Part shown: positions 60,637 to 64,000 of the stretch, piece after piece
How the letters are laid out: every line of letters begins with the position of its first letter
How positions within the stretch are numbered: the stretch's first letter is position 1
Source of the DNA: Acidobacteriota bacterium
GTDB taxonomy: Bacteria; Acidobacteriota; CAIWXX01
Assembly: GCA_040755995.1 (NCBI GenBank)
Contig: JBFMAF010000024.1
Span: forward strand, 192,001-256,000
Length of the DNA: 64,000 nucleotides
Reading direction: 5' to 3'
Position numbers and translations under genes: made by a program
The notes under the pieces: generated by a model
What the model saw: only the letters and a program-made list of their open reading frames with translations
What the model was told of the DNA's origin: nothing
The model's database searches: none

Positions 60637-61485
60637 GTGGGCGAAGGCGAAGCGGCTCTCGATGTAGAAGACGTACGGAGGAAGATCCAGCTGGAGCGCC
60701 CGCTGAAGCGGCGGGAGCTGCTCGAGAGCTTCAGCTCGCAGGCGGGCGAAGAGATCGACCGGCTGATCATGTCGTTCATCGACGACCCGTCGCCTGATGT
60801 GAGAAGGGCGGTTGTGGCAATGATGCGCCGGCGCGGATTCGAGAACAAGGATTTCTACGAGCGCGCGGCGCAGGATCACAGCGATGCGGTGAAGCGATCG
60901 GCCGAGGCGGCGCTGAAGAGCCTCGATAAGCTTCGCGAGCGCCAGCAGAGTCTCTCGTGGCAGGTCTTCCGCCGCGTCCCTACCGGCGGGGCCGAGCGGA
61001 CCAAGGACGAGGGGCATTTCAGCCGCTCGCTGCAGGCCCGAGACAAGCAGACGCGGCTGGAGGCGATCCAGAGGCTGGGGGCGGTGGAGACGCCTTGGGC
61101 CAACGAGCTGCTGCTGCGCGCGCTGACCGACGAGAGCTGGACGAATCGAATGGCGGCGGTGCAGATCCTTTCGAGGCGCAAGGACCTCGACGTCGAGGTG
61201 CTCCACCAGCTGCTCCACGATCAGCTCTGGTTTCTGCGGGCCTCAGCCGTCGAGATCCTCGGTCGCCGCGGCGACCAGGCTTCAACAGAGAAGATGACCG
61301 GCCTGGTGAAGGACTCGAACGTGGACGTTCGCCTGGCGCTGGCCGAGGCCCTGGGGCGCATCGGCGGCGCGGCCGCGGCCAAGCTTCTCGAGTTTCTGCT
61401 CCAGGATCCGAACTACACGGTGCGCGTGACGGCCCAGAACGCGATGAGCAACATCAGAAAACGTCACCAGGAGAAGGCTCAATGA
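60637..61485 (+). CDS. HEAT-repeat protein
   Basis: Repeated L.D....VR..A..AL units. Confidence 0.8.
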   Translation: MGEGEAALDVEDVRRKIQLERPLKRRELLESFSSQAGEEIDRLIMSFIDDPSPDVRRAVVAMMRRRGFENKDFYERAAQDHSDAVKRSAEAALKSLDKLRERQQSLSWQVFRRVPTGGAERTKDEGHFSRSLQARDKQTRLEAIQRLGAVETPWANELLLRALTDESWTNRMAAVQILSRRKDLDVEVLHQLLHDQLWFLRASAVEILGRRGDQASTEKMTGLVKDSNVDVRLALAEALGRIGGAAAAKLLEFLLQDPNYTVRVTAQNAMSNIRKRHQEKAQ

Positions 61486-61489
61486 TCTG

Positions 61490-61524
61490 CCACTCTCCAC
61501 TCTCAACTCCCCACTCTCCACTGT
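61490..61524. repeat. Five tandem heptamers (CCACTCT-type)
   Basis: CCACTCT CCACTCT CAACTCC CCACTCT CCACTGT. Confidence 0.8.
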
Positions 61525-61543
61525 GCCCACCGCGGGTGGTCGC

Positions 61544-62026
61544 ATGACAGAAGACCTGAGCCGCGGCGAGCAGATCCTCCAGCGAACGACACTCTTCCAG
61601 GGGCTGGACAACGACGAGATCGCCGGCATTCTGATGATCGGCGAAGTCAAGAACTACAATGCGGGCGCGGTGATTTTCGTGGAAGGGGCCCGGCCCGATC
61701 GCTTCTACGTGATTTACGACGGGCAGGTGCGCATAAGCAAGGTGGTGGAGGGGATGGGCGAAGAGGCCCTGGCGATTCTCAACGCCGGCGAATTTTTCGG
61801 AGAAATGGCGCTGATCGAGCAGGACTGCCAACGCTCGGCCCACGCGATCGCCCACACGGACGTCCGCCTGATGGAAGTGCCGATACCCGCGATGCTGGAG
61901 CTCCTCGACAACGACAAGGCGCTGGCCTACAAGTTTCTCTGGAACTTCTGCCGAACGCTCTCGCGCCGCCTGCGCGAAACCAGCGGCAAGATCTCCTCGC
62001 TGTTCTTCCTGTCCATGCACAGCTGA
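61544..62026 (+). CDS. Stand-alone cyclic-nucleotide-binding domain protein
   Basis: IFVEG, FYVI..GQVRI, FFGEMALI....RSAHA; no HTH. Confidence 0.9.
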   Translation: MTEDLSRGEQILQRTTLFQGLDNDEIAGILMIGEVKNYNAGAVIFVEGARPDRFYVIYDGQVRISKVVEGMGEEALAILNAGEFFGEMALIEQDCQRSAHAIAHTDVRLMEVPIPAMLELLDNDKALAYKFLWNFCRTLSRRLRETSGKISSLFFLSMHS

Positions 62027-62066
62027 GCTCCAGAGACCGGCCTGACGTCGGCCGCGTGTCGCAGGG

Positions 62067-62203
62067 CAGTTGTCAGTCGACAGCCGACGGTTGTCAGCGC
62101 AGAGTTGCCAGCTTGCAGGCCAGGCCCGCTTGGCGGTTGTGTACCGGATGAGACTCCGGACGCTCGTGCGTGAAACTGACAACCGACAACCGCCAACCGG
62201 TAA
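62067..62203. repeat. Inverted heptamer arrays
   Basis: CAGTTGT/CAGTCGA/CAGCCGA/CGGTTGT ... CTGACAA/CCGACAA/CCGCCAA/CCGGTAA. Confidence 0.7.
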
Positions 62204-62217
62204 CATGTTGATTCCGG

Positions 62218-62245
62218 TTGACATTCTGATATCATGAAGTAAAAT
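62218..62245 (+). promoter_or_regulatory. Sigma70 promoter of ffh-rpsP
   Basis: TTGACA-16 nt-TAAAAT. Confidence 0.65.
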
Positions 62246-62296
62246 GCCCAGTTGCCCTTGGTGTGCACGGGCAGGGTAATACCGGAGTAGGCATAG

Positions 62297-63625
62297 TTGC
62301 TCGAAGGATTGTCGGAGAAATTTCAGCGGATAATCAAGAAGATCCGCGGGGAAGGCACCCTCACTGAAGCCAACATGGAGGAGGCTCTGCGCGAAGTGCG
62401 CCTGGCACTCCTCGAGGCCGACGTCAACGTGCGCGTCGTGAAGGATTTCGTCGAGCGCGTGAGGGAGAAGGCGAAGGGTCAGGAAGTCATACTGAGCCTC
62501 TCGCCTGCCCAGCAGCTCATAAAGATCATCCACGCCGAGCTGGTCCAGCTGCTCGGAGGAGGCGGCGAGGCCGGCCGCGGACGCGACACCATTTCGCTCA
62601 AGGAATTCCCTTCAGTCCTCATGCTGGTCGGGCTGCAGGGCTCGGGCAAGACAACCACTGCCTGCAAGCTGGCGCTCCACCTGAGCAAACGCGGCCGCAC
62701 GGCCTTGCTCACCTCGACCGACCTCCAACGCCCGGCGGCGCGCGAGCAGCTCAAGATACTCGCCGCACAACTTGCGCTCCCCTACTACGAAGGCACCGCC
62801 TCGACCGGCGTCGGCCTCGGCCGCGAGTGCGTCCAGCAGGGCCGGCTCAAAGGCTACAATCCTGTCATCATCGACACGGCCGGCAGGCTCCACATCGATG
62901 ACACGCTCATGAACGAGCTTGTCGAGATGCGCGACGCGCTGCGCCCGACAGAGATCCTGTTCGTCGCCGACAGCATGACCGGGCAGGACGCCGTGCGCAG
63001 CTCGCAGGCGTTCAACGAACGCCTCAACCTCACCGGCGTTATCCTCACCAAGCTCGACGGCGACAGCCGCGGCGGCGCGGCGCTCTCGGTGCGCGAAGTC
63101 GCCGGCAAGCCGATCAAGTTCGCCGGCACAGGCGAGAAGCCGGGCGACTTCGAGGTGTTCCAGCCGGAGCGTATGGCGTCGAGAATATTGGGCATGGGCG
63201 ACGTCCTGGGCCTCATAGAGAAGGCCGAAGAGACCATCACGGCGAAGGAGGCCGAGAAGCTGCAGGAGAAGCTCCGGCGCAACGCCTTCACCCTCGACGA
63301 CATGCTCGACCAGATCAGACAGATCAAGAAAATGGGCTCCCTTGGCGAGATCCTGAAGATGCTACCCGGAGGCATGCGGCTTCCGGCGGACATGGATCTC
63401 GACGACGGGCAGCTGCTGCATACCGAGGCCATCATCCAGTCGATGACGCCGCTCGAACGCGAGAACCCGTCGGTGATCGACGGCAGCCGGCGGCGCCGGA
63501 TCGCAACCGGCAGCGGGCGTCCCGTACAGGAAATCAACCAGCTGCTGCGCTCGTTCGCCGAGATGAAGAAGATGATGAAACGCGCTCGCCTCGGGAAGCG
63601 CATGGGCAATTTACTACGAATGTAG
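62297..63625 (+). CDS. ffh: Signal recognition particle protein
   Basis: ALLEADV; GLQGSGKTT; DTAGRL; RILGMGDV; M domain. Confidence 0.97.
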   Translation: MLEGLSEKFQRIIKKIRGEGTLTEANMEEALREVRLALLEADVNVRVVKDFVERVREKAKGQEVILSLSPAQQLIKIIHAELVQLLGGGGEAGRGRDTISLKEFPSVLMLVGLQGSGKTTTACKLALHLSKRGRTALLTSTDLQRPAAREQLKILAAQLALPYYEGTASTGVGLGRECVQQGRLKGYNPVIIDTAGRLHIDDTLMNELVEMRDALRPTEILFVADSMTGQDAVRSSQAFNERLNLTGVILTKLDGDSRGGAALSVREVAGKPIKFAGTGEKPGDFEVFQPERMASRILGMGDVLGLIEKAEETITAKEAEKLQEKLRRNAFTLDDMLDQIRQIKKMGSLGEILKMLPGGMRLPADMDLDDGQLLHTEAIIQSMTPLERENPSVIDGSRRRRIATGSGRPVQEINQLLRSFAEMKKMMKRARLGKRMGNLLRM

Positions 63626-63650
63626 AGCATACACTAGCGACGGAGGCACC

Positions 63651-63887
63651 ATGGTTACCATCAGACTCAAGCGGCTCGGGCGCAAGAAAACGCCCTTCTA
63701 TCGGATCGTCGTCGTCGAACGGCGCCAGAGTCGGGCGGGCAGGGTTCTCGAGACCCTCGGACACTACGACCCACTCCCGGCTACCCCAGCCGTCGAGCTC
63801 GATCGCGAGCGCGCCACCTACTGGATCTCCAAGGGAGCAGGCGTGTCCCCGACGGTGAGAACCCTTCTGGCTACGCGACAGGCCTAG
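63651..63887 (+). CDS. rpsP: 30S ribosomal protein S16
   Basis: MVTIRLKRLGRKKTPFYRIVV; follows ffh. Confidence 0.97.
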   Translation: MVTIRLKRLGRKKTPFYRIVVVERRQSRAGRVLETLGHYDPLPATPAVELDRERATYWISKGAGVSPTVRTLLATRQA

Positions 63888-63905
63888 CGGCACCGGCTGG
63901 GCATG

Positions 63906-63937
63906 GCGCCGGCGCCGCCGGCGCCAGGCTCTTTTTC
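63906..63937 (+). terminator. Putative intrinsic terminator
   Basis: GGCGCCGGC/GCCGGCGCC hairpin followed by a T run. Confidence 0.5.
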
Positions 63938-64000
63938 GAATAGAGGCGAGTGTTCTGCCCCACGTCGGGCAAGCGGATTCTCTTTTTCGGCGCTAAATCA

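Noticed and set aside
59421..60848. Long antisense/alternate-frame ORFs (also 49400-50701, 33760-34818, 31270-32394, 61454-62533)
   Set aside because: Shadow ORFs of well-supported genes in high-GC DNA; no recognisable motifs.

Overview
High-GC diderm bacterial chromosome; the gene content is suggestive of Acidobacteriota or similar, which is inference only. Two accessory regions sit among housekeeping blocks. (1) 1-10.9 kb is a decaying Rhs polymorphic-toxin locus. It holds a 5'-truncated Rhs with an HExxH C-terminal domain plus a candidate immunity gene, three orphan Rhs-core/CT modules, an IS110 with a structured upstream non-coding region, a RepB'-type primase remnant, and XRE and tyrosine-recombinase remnants. 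(2) 41.1-54.3 kb is an island with an ECF sigma factor, a zf-HC2/TM/TPR anti-sigma, a PPC-TPR-CHAT (caspase-like) protease, a 62-aa secreted CC-x5-CC peptide, a TPR-cohesin lipoprotein, a broken Rhs carrying seven Ig-like repeats, and a VapBC pair. The most striking unannotated signal is a 27-bp motif (minus strand CGCAAGAT-N9-TCGCCAAATC, with an upstream A/T tract and a downstream RTGARGG). It occurs four times, always on the same strand: upstream of three island genes and once inside the sigma gene's own coding sequence, pointing at the anti-sigma. This suggests a protease-linked ECF regulon with built-in negative feedback. The rest of the window is signalling genes (MocR regulator, two-component systems, a sigma54 module), skp-fabZ-lpxA-lpxI, aat, a Phd/RelE pair, a DRG-like GTPase, ftsY-ribD-ribE-ribBA, and ffh-rpsP. 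No rRNA, tRNA or CRISPR array was seen.
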